A stretch of 64,000 bases of DNA from Candidatus Staskawiczbacteria bacterium (GCA_963778905.1 CAVZWH010000014.1:1254-65253); one strand, 5' to 3'; shown: positions 27,118-38,848, counted from the first letter of the stretch. The notes: a model not told the origin generated them from the letters alone. Numbers and translations are program-made.

Positions 27118-27579
27118 ATGACAACATACGAATTAACATACATAGTTTCGCCGGAAATAACATCAGAGGAGGCGGAAGCAAAAAGCAAAGACATTGAATC
27201 TTTGATACAAAGCAAAGAAGGGACAATTGTGAAACAGAATAATCCTATTGCAAAAACATTAGCATATCCTGTTGCAAAAAAAGCTTCCGGGTTTTTGGGT
27301 ATTTTAGAATTTCAATTAGAGCCGGAAAAATTAATTGAGCTTAAAGAAATTATCAGAAAAGATGGAAAAATTGTGCGCCATATGGTTATAATAAAAGAAC
27401 TAGCCAAGCCAAAAAAAATGAGAAGGGCTAAAATAATTGTTCCTGAAACAATTGCGGTTAAAAAAACAGAAAATGAACCGGAAAAAGAAGAAAAATTGGC
27501 TAGCGCCAAATCAACAATTGAAAAAGAAAAGGTCGAATTAAAAGATATAGATCAACAATTAGACGAGATTCTAGGTTAG
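27118..27579 (+). CDS. rpsF: 30S ribosomal protein S6
   Basis: 153 aa; MTTYELTYIVSPE... N-terminus and the rpsF-ssb-rpsR gene order. Confidence 0.85.
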   Translation: MTTYELTYIVSPEITSEEAEAKSKDIESLIQSKEGTIVKQNNPIAKTLAYPVAKKASGFLGILEFQLEPEKLIELKEIIRKDGKIVRHMVIIKELAKPKKMRRAKIIVPETIAVKKTENEPEKEEKLASAKSTIEKEKVELKDIDQQLDEILG

Positions 27580-27588
27580 TAAAAACAT

Positions 27589-28113
27589 ATGAATCTAAAT
27601 AAAGCATTCGTTTTAGGAAATGTCACCCGAGATCCGGAAGTAAGGTCGTTGCCATCAGGTCAGCAAGTAACAAATTTTAGCATAGCAACAAACAGGTTTT
27701 ATACATCAAGCGCGGGAGAAAAAAAACAGGACGCAGAGTTTCATAATATTGTTTGTTTTGGAAAATTGGCTGACATCTCTTCAAGATACTTGAACAAAGG
27801 TTCTTTGGTTTTAATTGAAGGAAGGATAAAAACAAGAAACTGGCAAGATTCTGCAGGAGTAAAACATTATAAAACAGAAATAATTGCTGAAACAATGCAA
27901 TTAGGGCCAAGAGGCGCCGGATCATCTGGCAATTCAAATTATCAAAAATCATCTTTCCAAGGTCCTGAACCGGAATCAGTAAAGCCAGAAGAAATTCCTG
28001 TAATTGAAGAAAATTATACTCCCCCATCGCCCGACAATTCGGGAGACCAGAAAACAGTTTCCTTTGACGGCGACGCTGCAGACGAAATTGACGTTAAAGA
28101 CATACCTTTTTAA
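27589..28113 (+). CDS. ssb: single-stranded DNA-binding protein
   Basis: 174 aa; OB fold (MNLNKAFVLGNVTRDPEVR...), acidic tail ending DIPF. Confidence 0.92.
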   Translation: MNLNKAFVLGNVTRDPEVRSLPSGQQVTNFSIATNRFYTSSAGEKKQDAEFHNIVCFGKLADISSRYLNKGSLVLIEGRIKTRNWQDSAGVKHYKTEIIAETMQLGPRGAGSSGNSNYQKSSFQGPEPESVKPEEIPVIEENYTPPSPDNSGDQKTVSFDGDAADEIDVKDIPF

Positions 28114-28159
28114 CTTTTAATTCGCAATAAACTAAACTAATTAGAATAAATTTTTTATT

Positions 28160-28354
28160 ATGTGCTATTTTTGCCAAAAAAATATTGACGACATAGATTT
28201 CAAAAACACAGAGATGCTATCTCGTTATGTTTCTAGTTTTTATAAAATAAAACCAAGAAAAAAAACAAATCTGTGTAGCTATCATCAAAAAAAGATTGCA
28301 GTTGCAATCAAGCGCGCCCGTCAGATGGGCTTAATGGCCTATGTTCCAAAATAA
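28160..28354 (+). CDS. rpsR: 30S ribosomal protein S18
   Basis: 64 aa; CYFC...IDFKN...LSRYVS...AIKRARQMGLM. Confidence 0.85.
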   Translation: MCYFCQKNIDDIDFKNTEMLSRYVSSFYKIKPRKKTNLCSYHQKKIAVAIKRARQMGLMAYVPK

Positions 28355-28355
28355 A

Positions 28356-28382
28356 CAAAAAGCCCCCAATTGGGGGCTTTTT
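28356..28382. terminator. bidirectional terminator
   Basis: AAAAAGCCCCCAATTGGGGGCTTTTT perfect palindrome between rpsR and recA. Confidence 0.7.
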
Positions 28383-28384
28383 GT

Positions 28385-29386
28385 TTATTCCTTAACCTTA
28401 ATCGCTTCTTCCTTTATCAGTTTCATAGCCTCTGGATGTTCTTTCAAATATGTTTTTGCCCCTTCTGTCCCCTGCCCAATTTTTTCTGCTCCAATAGTAA
28501 AGTAGCTTCCCGATTGTTTAATTATTCCTGAAGTTAATCCAGCTCTCAAAGCATCTCCTGATTTTGAAATTCCTTCGTTGTAATAAATATCAAATTCTGC
28601 GGTTTTGAAAGGAGCGGCAACTTTATTTTTTACAACTTTTGCTTTTACTCTGTTTCCAATAATTTCGTCTCCTGATTTTATTTGGGCGGTTCTGGCCAAA
28701 TTAATTCTTACCGAAGCATAAAATTTTAATGCTAATCCGCCGGGCGTTGTTTCTGGATTTCCAAAAACCATTCCAATTTTCATTCTTGTCTGGTTCAAAA
28801 ATATAACCATCGTATTTGTTTTCGCCATAACTGCGGAAAGTTTTCTGCACGCCTGCGACATTAACCTTGCCTGCAAACCCATGTGCTGGTCGCCAATTTC
28901 TCCTTCAATTTCCCTCTGCGGAGTTAAAGCTGCGACAGAGTCCACAACAATTACGGCGATTGTTCCTGTTTTTACAAGGGTTTCAACAATCTGCAAAGCT
29001 TGTTCTCCGGAATCCGGCTGGGAAATTAGCAAATCATCAACATCAACGCCAATTCTTCTGGCGTAATCCGGATCCATTGCGTGCTCGGCATCAACAAATG
29101 CGCAAGTTCCTCCTTTTTTTTGCGCTTCAGCTAAAACATGCAAAGACAAAGTTGTTTTGCCGGAAGATTCTGCTCCGTATATTTCTATAATTCTGCCTCT
29201 CGGCATTCCGCCAACGCCCAAAGCCATATCCATTGCAATAGAGCCGGTAGGAATTACATCAACATTAACTGCGTGGATTTCCCGCATTTTCATAATCGCT
29301 CCCTCGCCAAATCTTTCTTTTATCTCATCAATAGCGCTATTCAACGCTTTATTTTCTTTTTTTTCTTTTTTATTTTCTTTTACCAT
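28385..29386 (-). CDS. recA: recombinase A
   Basis: Canonical RecA ([32 protein letters not shown]). Start moved to MVKENKK..., which removes the overlap with ftsK. Confidence 0.97.
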   Translation of the reverse strand: MVKENKKEKKENKALNSAIDEIKERFGEGAIMKMREIHAVNVDVIPTGSIAMDMALGVGGMPRGRIIEIYGAESSGKTTLSLHVLAEAQKKGGTCAFVDAEHAMDPDYARRIGVDVDDLLISQPDSGEQALQIVETLVKTGTIAVIVVDSVAALTPQREIEGEIGDQHMGLQARLMSQACRKLSAVMAKTNTMVIFLNQTRMKIGMVFGNPETTPGGLALKFYASVRINLARTAQIKSGDEIIGNRVKAKVVKNKVAAPFKTAEFDIYYNEGISKSGDALRAGLTSGIIKQSGSYFTIGAEKIGQGTEGAKTYLKEHPEAMKLIKEEAIKVKE

Positions 29387-29405
29387 AATATTTTTGTTTA
29401 TAAAA

Positions 29406-31634
29406 TTAAACTTTTTTCCAGTCGCTGTCTGCACTCCCATCTTCTGATTCGTCTAAACCTCCACTTTCAATCATATTTACTTTTGTTCCCTGGACGATGT
29501 CGCCATAAACTTCGCGAGGTTTTGCACCATCAGCAGGTCCCACAATTCCTTTTTCTTCCAACATATCAATTAATCTGGCAGCTCTTGAATAGCCAATTCT
29601 TAAACGCCTCTGCAAAAATGATGCTGAAGCTTTTTTTGTTTCCAAAACAATTTTTTTAACTTCTTGAAATAAAGGGTCATCGCCTCCAAAAAATTCTCCT
29701 GAATCTCCACTGCCGCTGCCCTCTCTGACATCTTGCTGGTCTAAGGCATCTTTTAAGTTTTGCACCAAAACTGATTGCGGCTCTTGAACATTTTTATCTT
29801 GCTCTATAATAAAGTCAGCAACTTTTTTAACTTCTTTTTCCGAAATATACGGGCCCTGAATTCTGCTAATTTTTGCTGATTTGGCAGAAGAAAATAACAT
29901 ATCTCCAGCTCCCAATAATTTTTCAGCGCCGGAAGTGTCTATAACAGTTCTTAAGTCAACCTGCGAGGCAACTTGAAAAGTAATTCTGGTTGGCACATTG
30001 GCTTTGATTAAACCAGTGATAACTTCTACTGACGGCCTCTGCGTTGCCAGCACCAGATGGATTCCAGTTGCTCTTGCCATCTGAGCTAGTCTTACAACAC
30101 CTGCTTCAATTTCTCTGCCTTTTGCCGCCATTAAGTCAGCCAACTCATCAACCACAAAAACAATGTATGGCAATTGCAAACCAGAAGCAATAATAGATTT
30201 ATTTTGATTATACGCGGCTAAATTTCTTGCAGGTACCTCGGAAAAAACCTCAAACCTTCTTTCCATTTCACGTGTTAACCACTGCAAAGCATTTATTGTT
30301 TTTGTTGCGTCATAAATTACCGGGCACAACAAATGCGGAATGTCGTTGTAATGCTGAAACTCAACTCTTTTCGGGTCAACCATAATCATTCTTAAATTTT
30401 CAGGAGTGCATTTGTAAAGCAAACTTAAAATCAAAGTATTCAAAAAAATTGTTTTTCCGGTACCGGTTGCTCCGGCCACTAAAACGTGAGGACCTTCTGT
30501 AATATCCATATAAACTGGCGCGCCGGAAACATTTCTTCCTAAAGCAACCATCAAAGGACTTGTGGCGTTTTGAAAGGATGACTGCGCCATTAAATTTCTC
30601 AAAGTAACAATTGATCTCACTTTATTCGGCACTTCAATTCCCACCAAAGATTTCCCTGGAATTGGAGCCTCAATTCTGATTGGGTGAGCAGCCAAAGCTA
30701 AAGCTAAATTATTTGATAAAGTTGTAATTTTTGAAAGTTTTACTCCTTCGGCCGGCTTAAAAGCATATTGCGTAACCGTTGGTCCAACATTTACTTCTGC
30801 CATTTCAACCGGAATTCCAAAATTTTCCAGAGTGCTTTTAATAATCATTGAGTTTTCTTTGATGTTTCCGGAAGTCGGAGCCGCCTCATTTTTATTTAAT
30901 AAATCCAGCGGAGGCAAAATATAATTATTTTTGTTTGTTGTTGGTTTTTTAATTTCTGCTTTTTCCGGTTCATCGTTTCCTTTTTTGAATAAAGTTATTC
31001 TTGAATTATTTGGTTTTGCATCTCGTTTTTCTGACTCTATGCCTTTAATTTTTAAGTTTTCCTCGCTGGTTCTGTTAACTGCAAAAGTCGGCTTTTCTTC
31101 TTTTTCTTTCTTTGGGAGCTCCTGCCAAATAAATTGTAAAAATATAAACAAACCAATCAGCAAAACAGCCGCAAAAACAATATTGGCAACTATAATTCCA
31201 AAAAAATGAATAAGCAGCCAGCCCAGCAAATATCCTATCCATCCGCCGCTTTTTACCGTTAAATCTTTTACTGCCAAAATTCCCGACACGCCAACGAGAG
31301 AAATTATCAGCGCCAAACCCATTGCCAAATCTTTGCCTTTTTTTCTGGTTCTTAAAAATATCAAACCAGCTACAAAGAAAAATAAAGGTATTGAGTAAAA
31401 TGCTTTTCCAATTAAAAAGTCGCAAACTTTTATAAAAAGTTCACCTGCAGAACCAGCTAAATTAAAACGGGGAAAAGACAAAACCGTAATTACTGCCACC
31501 AAAAACATCAAAATCGCTTTTATCCATCTTTTAGTCCAGTTGCTCAAAAGCGACTCTTTTTTCTTCTCCTCTTTTCCGTTTTTCCTATTTTTCCCGTTAT
31601 TTTTTTCTTCTTTTTTTGCCATGGTCCAATTCAC
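29406..31634 (-). CDS. ftsK: DNA translocase FtsK/SpoIIIE
   Basis: 742 aa; N-terminal TM helices, motor domain ([21 protein letters not shown]) and C-terminal gamma wHTH ([21 protein letters not shown]). Confidence 0.92.
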   Translation of the reverse strand: MNWTMAKKEEKNNGKNRKNGKEEKKKESLLSNWTKRWIKAILMFLVAVITVLSFPRFNLAGSAGELFIKVCDFLIGKAFYSIPLFFFVAGLIFLRTRKKGKDLAMGLALIISLVGVSGILAVKDLTVKSGGWIGYLLGWLLIHFFGIIVANIVFAAVLLIGLFIFLQFIWQELPKKEKEEKPTFAVNRTSEENLKIKGIESEKRDAKPNNSRITLFKKGNDEPEKAEIKKPTTNKNNYILPPLDLLNKNEAAPTSGNIKENSMIIKSTLENFGIPVEMAEVNVGPTVTQYAFKPAEGVKLSKITTLSNNLALALAAHPIRIEAPIPGKSLVGIEVPNKVRSIVTLRNLMAQSSFQNATSPLMVALGRNVSGAPVYMDITEGPHVLVAGATGTGKTIFLNTLILSLLYKCTPENLRMIMVDPKRVEFQHYNDIPHLLCPVIYDATKTINALQWLTREMERRFEVFSEVPARNLAAYNQNKSIIASGLQLPYIVFVVDELADLMAAKGREIEAGVVRLAQMARATGIHLVLATQRPSVEVITGLIKANVPTRITFQVASQVDLRTVIDTSGAEKLLGAGDMLFSSAKSAKISRIQGPYISEKEVKKVADFIIEQDKNVQEPQSVLVQNLKDALDQQDVREGSGSGDSGEFFGGDDPLFQEVKKIVLETKKASASFLQRRLRIGYSRAARLIDMLEEKGIVGPADGAKPREVYGDIVQGTKVNMIESGGLDESEDGSADSDWKKV

Positions 31635-31690
31635 TAAATTACTCTATTATACCACTCACATTTTTTCCTTCAAGGCGGTTTTTACACAAC

Positions 31691-31719
31691 AAAAAACCAA
31701 GCAATTTGCTTGGTTTTTT
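31691..31719. terminator. terminator downstream of rpoC
   Basis: AAAAAACCAAGCA-ATT-TGCTTGGTTTTTT. Confidence 0.65.
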
Positions 31720-31726
31720 GTTCTTA

Positions 31727-34700
31727 TTAGTCTTTTTCTTTTATTTTCGGAATAAATCCTGTGCCGACCGGAATAAGTTTTCCGATGATTACGTTTTCTT
31801 TTAATCCGCGGAGCTTGTCTTCCTTGCCTTCAAGAGCCGCTTTAATCAAAACTCTGGAAGTTTGCTGGAAAGAAGCGGCTGACAAAAATGATTCGGAATT
31901 CAAAGAAACTTCTGAAATTCCAAGCAGTATTTGTATTGATGTCGGCGGTTCTTTTTTGAGTTTTTTTAATCTTTCCACTTCTTCATTAAAGACAACTCTT
32001 TCCACAACTTCTCCTTTTATCCAATCTGAGTCGCCCTCTTCTTTAATTCTTACTCTTGAAAACATTTTTGAAATAATTACTTCAACGTGCTTGTCGTGGA
32101 TATCAACTCCTTGTGAAGAATAAATTTTTTGGACTTCCTGCAAAATATATCTTTGCGTTAACTCAACTCCAGCTGACTTGTAAAGTTTTTTCAAATCCAA
32201 ACTTCCTTCGCACAACGGCTGATTTTCTTTTACATCCTGGCCTTTCTCAACCATGATTGCGATTCTGCCGGGAATTTTGTATTCCATTATTTCTTTTTTC
32301 GGGGTGCCCTTTGGGCCGTTTTTTTTATCCGAAGGTTTAATTGAGACAATTCTCGTTTCTTCGTTTATTCCCACAATTTTTCCTTCGGTCAAAGACATTA
32401 TGGCTTCTCCTTTTGGAGACCTGCATTCAAAAATTTCTTCAATTCTTGGCAAACCTTGAGTAATGTCTCCGGCTCCCACAATGCCTCCTAAGTGGTGGGT
32501 TCTTAATGTTAACTGAGTGCCAGGTTCACCAATTGCCTGAGCGGCAACAATTCCAACTGCTTCTCCCAATTTTATCAAATTATTTCTGCCCAGATCCCAG
32601 CCATAACATTTTTGGCAAACTCCCTGATTTGATTTGCAGGTTAATGGCGAGGCAACAACAACTCTTTCAATTCCTTCTTCTTCTGAAATTGCCTTGGCCG
32701 CCTGCCAATTTATTAATTCATTCTTTTTAACAAAAACTAATTTACCGTGCTCAACTGTTTCCAGCGCAGTTCTGCCTACGATTTTGAAAATAAAATCTTG
32801 GTCTAACAAATCAGCGTCTTTCTTGTAGACAACCAATCCTGTTTTGTCTCCGCAATCTTCATCTGCAACAATTACATCGTGAGCAACATCAACCAATCTT
32901 CTGGTTAAATAACCTGCTGAAGAAGTTCTTAAGGCCGTGTCAGCTGTTCCTTTTCTGGCTCCGTGAGTTGAAATAAAATATTCCAAAACATTAAAACCTT
33001 CTGTAAAAGATGATTTTACCGGAAGTTCAATAATATCTCCCGAAGGATTATTTACCAGGCCTTTCATTCCAGCCATCTGAACCGGCTGAGCCCAAGTGGC
33101 TCTGGCTCCGGCTGAAATAATTGACATAACAGGACCGTCCGGCGGCAAAGTGGTTTTTAGCAATGCCTCCAATTTTGTCTTTACTGTTTGCCAAATTAAA
33201 ATTTTCTGGGAAGTTTTTTCTTCCGGGCTTAATAATCCTTTTTCAAAGTGGCTGTCAATTTTTCTTACTTCGGCTTCCGCCGCGTCAATTAATCCTTTCT
33301 TTTCTTTTGGAACAATCAAGTCGTCCATGCCCCAAGAAACTCCGGACAACGTGCAATATTCAAATCCCAATGTTTTTATTTTATCAATAATAACCACTGC
33401 CTCTTCATTAGAATATTTTTCAATAACATCCCTGACCAATCCCTTCAATGCTTTATTATCAATCAATTTATTTATGTACGGATAATCGTGCGGCAAAACA
33501 GCATTCAAAATTAATCTGCCTACAGACGTTTCAATCATTTCTATTTTTTCTGTATTTTTGGGACTTGGAACTTTTATTTTTTCATTCTGTCCCAAAAATC
33601 CGTATTCAAAAGCAGTAATCGCTTCAGAATCCGAAGAATAAACTTTTACTTTTTCGTCTGCTGAATCTTTTTGTTTTGTTAAATAATAACAGCCCAAAGC
33701 AATGTCACGAAAAGGACCCATTATCGGCATTCCGGTTGCCGGCCTTAAAAGATTCAGAGTTGAAAGCATAATTTCCCTGGCTTCTTTTTGCGCCTCGTCT
33801 GACAAGGGCAAATAAACCGCCATCTGGTCGCCGTCAAAGTCAGCGTTAAAAGCCTCGCAGACCAACGGGTGCAATTTTATTGTTTCTCCTTCTGTTAAAA
33901 GCGGCCTAAATGCCTGAATGCCGAGCCTGTGCAAAGTTGGAGCCCTGTTTAACAAAACTAATTTGTCTTTTATAATTTCTTCTAAAATTGCCCAAACTTC
34001 CGGAGTTTTTTCGTCAATTAATCTGGCAGCTCCGCGAATATTAAAAGCCAATTCTTTATCCAAAATTCTCTTGATTACAAATGGCTTAAAAATTTCCAAA
34101 GCTAAAGTTTTTGGCAAACCGCATTGCGAAAAATGCAATTCAGGTCCCACGGCAATAACCGATCTTCCGGAATAATCAACACGTTTTCCTAAAAGATTTT
34201 GCCTAAACCTTCCTTGTTTTCCGGCGAGCATGGCAGCCAAAGATTTTAATAATCTTTTTCCGCCGGTCGTGGCTGTTGTTGTGACTCCTTTTCTCATTTC
34301 ATTGTCAATCAAAGCGTCAACAGCTTCCTGCAACATTCTTTTTTCGTTTCTGACAATTACCGGCGGAGCTTTAATTTCCTGCAAATATTTTAACCTGTTG
34401 TTTCTGTTTATAACTCTTCTGTACAAATCATTTAAGTCAGAAGACGCATATCTTCCGCCATCCAACTGAACCATTGGCCTCAAATCCGGCGGTAAAATCG
34501 GCAAGACATCCATAAACATCCATTCCGGTTTCACTCCTGCCTTTAACATTCCCTGAAAAAGTTTTAATCTTCTCAAAACTTTTTTTCTCATTGCCGGCGG
34601 AGCTTCCTTGGCTTCCTTAGCTATCTGTTTGGTTTCTTTTTCCAAATCAATTTTTGAAAATATTTCTTTTACAACTTCTGCTCCGGTTCCCGCCTCAAAA

Positions 34701-35314
34701 ACTTCTCCGTATTTCATAGATAATGTGTGATATACAACCTCAGACAAAATTCTCATTTCCTTTATTTCCAAAACTTCTTCCTTGGCTTTTTCTCTTGCCT
34801 GTTTTAAGTCATTTTTGCCAGCTTCTGTTTTTTCTTTCTTAACTTTTGATTTGTATTCTGACTCAATTGCTTCCATAATTCCGTCGCGGGCTTTTTCATT
34901 AACTTTGGTAATAATATATGAAGAAAAATAAATAACTTTTTCCAATTGCTGAGAAGATTTATTCAAAACCAAGCCCATTCTTGAAGGAACCCCCCTTAAA
35001 AACCAAATATGCGAAACCGGAGTATACAATTTAATATGTCCCATTCTTTCACGTCTTACTGACGACTTTGTAACTTCAACTCCGCACCTGTCACAGACAA
35101 CTCCTTTGTATCTTATTCTTTTGTATTTTCCGCAGGCGCATTCATAATCTTTTTCAGGACCAAAAATTCGCTCATCAAAAAGCCCGTCCTTTTCAGGCTT
35201 CTGAGTTCTGTAATTAATTGTTTCCGGTTTTGTTACTTCGCCATGAGACCAGGACATAATATCCTCGGGCGAAGCAATTTTGATTCTTATTGATTCTAAA
35301 TCTAATACTCGCAT
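31727..35314 (-). CDS. rpoC: RNA polymerase subunit beta'
   Basis: 1195 aa; zinc motif CxC..C..C near the N-terminus and the NADFDGD catalytic motif. Confidence 0.98.
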   Translation of the reverse strand: MRVLDLESIRIKIASPEDIMSWSHGEVTKPETINYRTQKPEKDGLFDERIFGPEKDYECACGKYKRIRYKGVVCDRCGVEVTKSSVRRERMGHIKLYTPVSHIWFLRGVPSRMGLVLNKSSQQLEKVIYFSSYIITKVNEKARDGIMEAIESEYKSKVKKEKTEAGKNDLKQAREKAKEEVLEIKEMRILSEVVYHTLSMKYGEVFEAGTGAEVVKEIFSKIDLEKETKQIAKEAKEAPPAMRKKVLRRLKLFQGMLKAGVKPEWMFMDVLPILPPDLRPMVQLDGGRYASSDLNDLYRRVINRNNRLKYLQEIKAPPVIVRNEKRMLQEAVDALIDNEMRKGVTTTATTGGKRLLKSLAAMLAGKQGRFRQNLLGKRVDYSGRSVIAVGPELHFSQCGLPKTLALEIFKPFVIKRILDKELAFNIRGAARLIDEKTPEVWAILEEIIKDKLVLLNRAPTLHRLGIQAFRPLLTEGETIKLHPLVCEAFNADFDGDQMAVYLPLSDEAQKEAREIMLSTLNLLRPATGMPIMGPFRDIALGCYYLTKQKDSADEKVKVYSSDSEAITAFEYGFLGQNEKIKVPSPKNTEKIEMIETSVGRLILNAVLPHDYPYINKLIDNKALKGLVRDVIEKYSNEEAVVIIDKIKTLGFEYCTLSGVSWGMDDLIVPKEKKGLIDAAEAEVRKIDSHFEKGLLSPEEKTSQKILIWQTVKTKLEALLKTTLPPDGPVMSIISAGARATWAQPVQMAGMKGLVNNPSGDIIELPVKSSFTEGFNVLEYFISTHGARKGTADTALRTSSAGYLTRRLVDVAHDVIVADEDCGDKTGLVVYKKDADLLDQDFIFKIVGRTALETVEHGKLVFVKKNELINWQAAKAISEEEGIERVVVASPLTCKSNQGVCQKCYGWDLGRNNLIKLGEAVGIVAAQAIGEPGTQLTLRTHHLGGIVGAGDITQGLPRIEEIFECRSPKGEAIMSLTEGKIVGINEETRIVSIKPSDKKNGPKGTPKKEIMEYKIPGRIAIMVEKGQDVKENQPLCEGSLDLKKLYKSAGVELTQRYILQEVQKIYSSQGVDIHDKHVEVIISKMFSRVRIKEEGDSDWIKGEVVERVVFNEEVERLKKLKKEPPTSIQILLGISEVSLNSESFLSAASFQQTSRVLIKAALEGKEDKLRGLKENVIIGKLIPVGTGFIPKIKEKD

Positions 35315-35339
35315 GGGTTTAAAATTAAATGATTAATTT

Positions 35340-38300
35340 CTACTTTTTTTCGTCGCGGTAATCTCTTCTTTCTTCCCGATCATCTCTGAGTTCTCTTGGT
35401 TTTTCTTTTACTTCAACAGCCAAGCCCAAAGATTTTAACTCGGCAACAAGCAGGTTAAAAGATGCCGGAATGTTTGGATTTCTAATCGGTTCGCCCTTCA
35501 AAATTGATTCGTAGGCCGCGGCGCGTCCTTGCACATCGTCAGATTTTATTGTAAGCATTTCCTGCAAAGTGTGGGCAACTCCATAGCCTTCCAGCGCCCA
35601 GACTTCCATTTCTCCAAATCTCTGGCCTCCAAATTGCGCTTTTCCTCCAAGTGGCTGCTGAGTAATTAATGAATAAGGGCCAATTGACCTGGCGTGCACT
35701 TTATCGTCAACCATGTGGATTAATTTCATAACATACATATATCCGACTGTAATTGGCTTTGGAAACGGCAAACCGGTTCTGCCGTCGTAAACCGTAACCT
35801 GTCCTGATTCTGGCAACCCCGCTTCTTTTAATTCCGCTTTTACATCTGCTTTATTTGCTCCCAATAATGCCGGCGAAATTGCAATGTAATTTAATTTGTG
35901 AGCTGCCCAGCCAAGATGAGTTTCCAAAATCTGTCCCAAGTTCATACGAGAAGGAACCGACAATGGAGAAATTACCAAATCAATTGGAGTTCCGTCAGCC
36001 AAAAACGGCATTTCTGCTTCCGGCAAAATTTTTGAAACAACTCCTTTGTTTCCGTGACGGCCCACTAATTTGTCTCCAACTTTTGCTTTTCTAGTTTCAG
36101 CAATTTCAACCTGAATTCTTTTTATAACTCCCGGCTCTAATTTGTGTCCAAGGTCTCTTGAAAATATTTTTACATTTACAACTTTTCCTTTTTTTCCGTG
36201 CTCCATTCTCAAAGAAGAATCTTTTACATCTTTTGCTTTTTCGCCAAAAATTGCCCTCAGTAATCTTTCTTCCGGAGTTAATTCTGCTTCGCCTTTTGGA
36301 GAAATTTTTCCAACCAAAATATCATTCGGACCAACTTCGGCTCCAACTCTTACAATTCCCTCTTCGTCTAAATCTTTTAATTTTTCTTCGCCAACATTTG
36401 GAATGTCCGAAGTTGTAACTTCGGGTCCAAGTTTTGTTTCACGGACATCACAGGTAAAATCTTCAATATGAATTGATGTAAATTCGTCTTCTTTCCCCAA
36501 TCTTTCTGAAATTGTAATTGAGTCCTCAAATCCTCCTCCACGCAACGGCAAAAAACAAACCAAAACATTTCTGCCCAAAGCCAATCTGCCCTGAGAAATG
36601 GCAGCGCCATCAGCCAAGACATCTCCTTTTTTAAATTCTTCGCCTTTTACAACAATCGGTTTCTGGTGAAAGCATGAATATTGGTTTGTTCTTACAAAAG
36701 TTTGCAATTCATAATCTTCTTCCGATTTTTTTCCTGAGATATCATACTGAACTTTTATATGGCTGGCATCAACTTCTTTTACAACTCCATTGGCTTTTGC
36801 CAAAATAACTTGTCCCGAATCTCTGGCAACATTTCTTTCTGTGCCAGTTCCAACCAACGGAGCTTCCGGCCTTATCAAAGGCACGGCTTGTCTTTGCATG
36901 TTTGAACCCATTAAAGCTCTGGAAGCGTCGTCATTTTGCAAAAATGGAATTAAAGAAGTGGCGACAGAAATAAATTGTTTTGAAGAAACATCAATATAAT
37001 CTATTTGTGAAATCTCAACTTCAGCCGGCTCGCCTTTGACTCTGGCCTCAACTTTATTTGGCGGAATTTCAGGCAAAATTTTTCCGGTTTTTTCGTCAAT
37101 TGGCACTGAAGCCGGAGCAATGCTGTGGCGCTCTTCTTCCTGAGCTGAAAGATATTCTATTTGGTCAGTTACTTTTCCATTTTTTACCTTAAAATATGGA
37201 GCTTCAATAAAACCATAAGGATTTATTCTGGCAAAAGATGCCAAGTGTCCAACAAGACCAACGTTTGGACCTTCGGGAGTTTCAATAGGACAAATTCTTC
37301 CGTAGTGAGACGGCTGCACGTCTCTGACCTCAAATCCCGCTCTTTCTCTTGTCAAACCTCCGGGGCCCGTTGTTGTTAATCTTCTTTTGTGTTCTAATTC
37401 TGCCAATGGATTTTCGTTATCCATAAATTGCGAAAACTGCGAAGAAGTGTAAAATTCTTTCACAACTGCCATCAACGGCCTTGGGTTAATTAACTGAATC
37501 GGAGTAATTGTATCAACTTCCAAGGTAGACATTTTGTCTTTGATAATTCTTTCCATTCTCATCAAGCCAACTCTCAATCTGTTCTGCAAAAGTTCAGACA
37601 AAGTTCTTACTCTTCTGTTTCCCAAATGGTCAACCTGATCAGCTTTTGCGGCCGGGTCGTTATTTAATCTAATTACTTCTTTCACAACTTCAATTAAATC
37701 TCCTATGCTTAAAATTCTTTCTTCTTTTGTAATTTCTTTGTTTAAATCTTTTGGAGCTATGTTTGGCAATCTTAACCAAGTTTTCCATCTGCCGACTTTT
37801 GACAAATCGTACCTGTCAAAATTAAAAAACATATTAAAAATCAAATCTTGGGCAGTGTCGGGAGTCACCAAGTCTCCGGGCCTCAACCTTCTGTAAATTT
37901 CCACCAAAGCTTCTTTCTGGTCTTTGCAGGTATCTCTTTTTAAGGTTTCCTTTATATATTTTATTTCTCCTGTATCAACATCACCAAATGCTTTTTCAAC
38001 TTTTTCAACATTATCCAAACCCAAAGCCATAAGCAAAGTTGTTGCGGGCACTTTTCTTTTTCTGTTAATTTTTACTCCAATAAATCCCGATTCTTCTGTT
38101 TCAAATTCAAGCCATGCACCTCTGTTTGGAATAATTTTTGATCCAAAATAATTTTTTCCTCTCCAAAGTCGCGCGGTAAAAAATGCCCCGGGGCTTCTGA
38201 TAAGCTGGGAAACAACAACTCTTTCAACTCCGTTTACAACAAAAGTTCCCCTCTCTGTCATGACAGGAAAATCAGCTAAATAAACTTCTTGCTCTTTTAC

Positions 38301-38606
38301 CTCTTTTGTTTTGAGGTTTACCAATTTTATTTTTACCCTTAACGCAGCTTCCAGAGAATCGTTATTTTTTTTGGCTTCCAACCCGTTTTTATAATTTGGC
38401 TTGCCCAGTTTATAATCTCCAAACCAAAGTTCAAATTCTTTTCCAGTGTAATCTCTGATTGGAGAAATTTCTTCTAAAAGTTCCTTGACTCTTACTTTCC
38501 AAAAATCCTCCCAAGTTTCCTTTTGCATTGTCAAAAGGTGGGGAGTTGAAAAAGAGAGTTTAGATTTTGAAAAATTCCTTACTTTTTTTATAATCTCAGC
38601 CATCAA
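35340..38606 (-). CDS. rpoB: RNA polymerase subunit beta
   Basis: 1088 aa; conserved beta motifs (GRHGNKGV, FGEMEVWALE). Confidence 0.98.
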   Translation of the reverse strand: MMAEIIKKVRNFSKSKLSFSTPHLLTMQKETWEDFWKVRVKELLEEISPIRDYTGKEFELWFGDYKLGKPNYKNGLEAKKNNDSLEAALRVKIKLVNLKTKEVKEQEVYLADFPVMTERGTFVVNGVERVVVSQLIRSPGAFFTARLWRGKNYFGSKIIPNRGAWLEFETEESGFIGVKINRKRKVPATTLLMALGLDNVEKVEKAFGDVDTGEIKYIKETLKRDTCKDQKEALVEIYRRLRPGDLVTPDTAQDLIFNMFFNFDRYDLSKVGRWKTWLRLPNIAPKDLNKEITKEERILSIGDLIEVVKEVIRLNNDPAAKADQVDHLGNRRVRTLSELLQNRLRVGLMRMERIIKDKMSTLEVDTITPIQLINPRPLMAVVKEFYTSSQFSQFMDNENPLAELEHKRRLTTTGPGGLTRERAGFEVRDVQPSHYGRICPIETPEGPNVGLVGHLASFARINPYGFIEAPYFKVKNGKVTDQIEYLSAQEEERHSIAPASVPIDEKTGKILPEIPPNKVEARVKGEPAEVEISQIDYIDVSSKQFISVATSLIPFLQNDDASRALMGSNMQRQAVPLIRPEAPLVGTGTERNVARDSGQVILAKANGVVKEVDASHIKVQYDISGKKSEEDYELQTFVRTNQYSCFHQKPIVVKGEEFKKGDVLADGAAISQGRLALGRNVLVCFLPLRGGGFEDSITISERLGKEDEFTSIHIEDFTCDVRETKLGPEVTTSDIPNVGEEKLKDLDEEGIVRVGAEVGPNDILVGKISPKGEAELTPEERLLRAIFGEKAKDVKDSSLRMEHGKKGKVVNVKIFSRDLGHKLEPGVIKRIQVEIAETRKAKVGDKLVGRHGNKGVVSKILPEAEMPFLADGTPIDLVISPLSVPSRMNLGQILETHLGWAAHKLNYIAISPALLGANKADVKAELKEAGLPESGQVTVYDGRTGLPFPKPITVGYMYVMKLIHMVDDKVHARSIGPYSLITQQPLGGKAQFGGQRFGEMEVWALEGYGVAHTLQEMLTIKSDDVQGRAAAYESILKGEPIRNPNIPASFNLLVAELKSLGLAVEVKEKPRELRDDREERRDYRDEKK

Positions 38607-38732
38607 AAATTTTGTTATAGAGAGAGTTCGACTTTATAATTTAAAAATATTAAAAAATAAAATGATAATCCTGCCAAATGATAGCATTTTGCGTGTCGCA
38701 AAATGCTATTTGCCAGGATGCTTATGCAACAA

Positions 38733-38763
38733 CAAAAAATTTCGGTGTTAAGACAACCGAAAA
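38733..38763 (-). terminator. rho-independent terminator after ftsW/rodA
   Basis: On the minus strand: TTTCGGT-(9 nt)-ACCGAAA followed by TTTTTT. Confidence 0.5.
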
Positions 38764-38848
38764 TTAGGATATTTGATTTTCCTTAGAGTAAAGTGGCCAC
38801 TTCTTTTTGTATACTATATAGTATATTCTTTTCTAAAAACAATGTCAA

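Noticed and set aside
29138-29659. 173-aa + ORF spanning the recA/ftsK junction.
   Set aside because: It is antisense to two strongly conserved genes, and its sequence is low-complexity.
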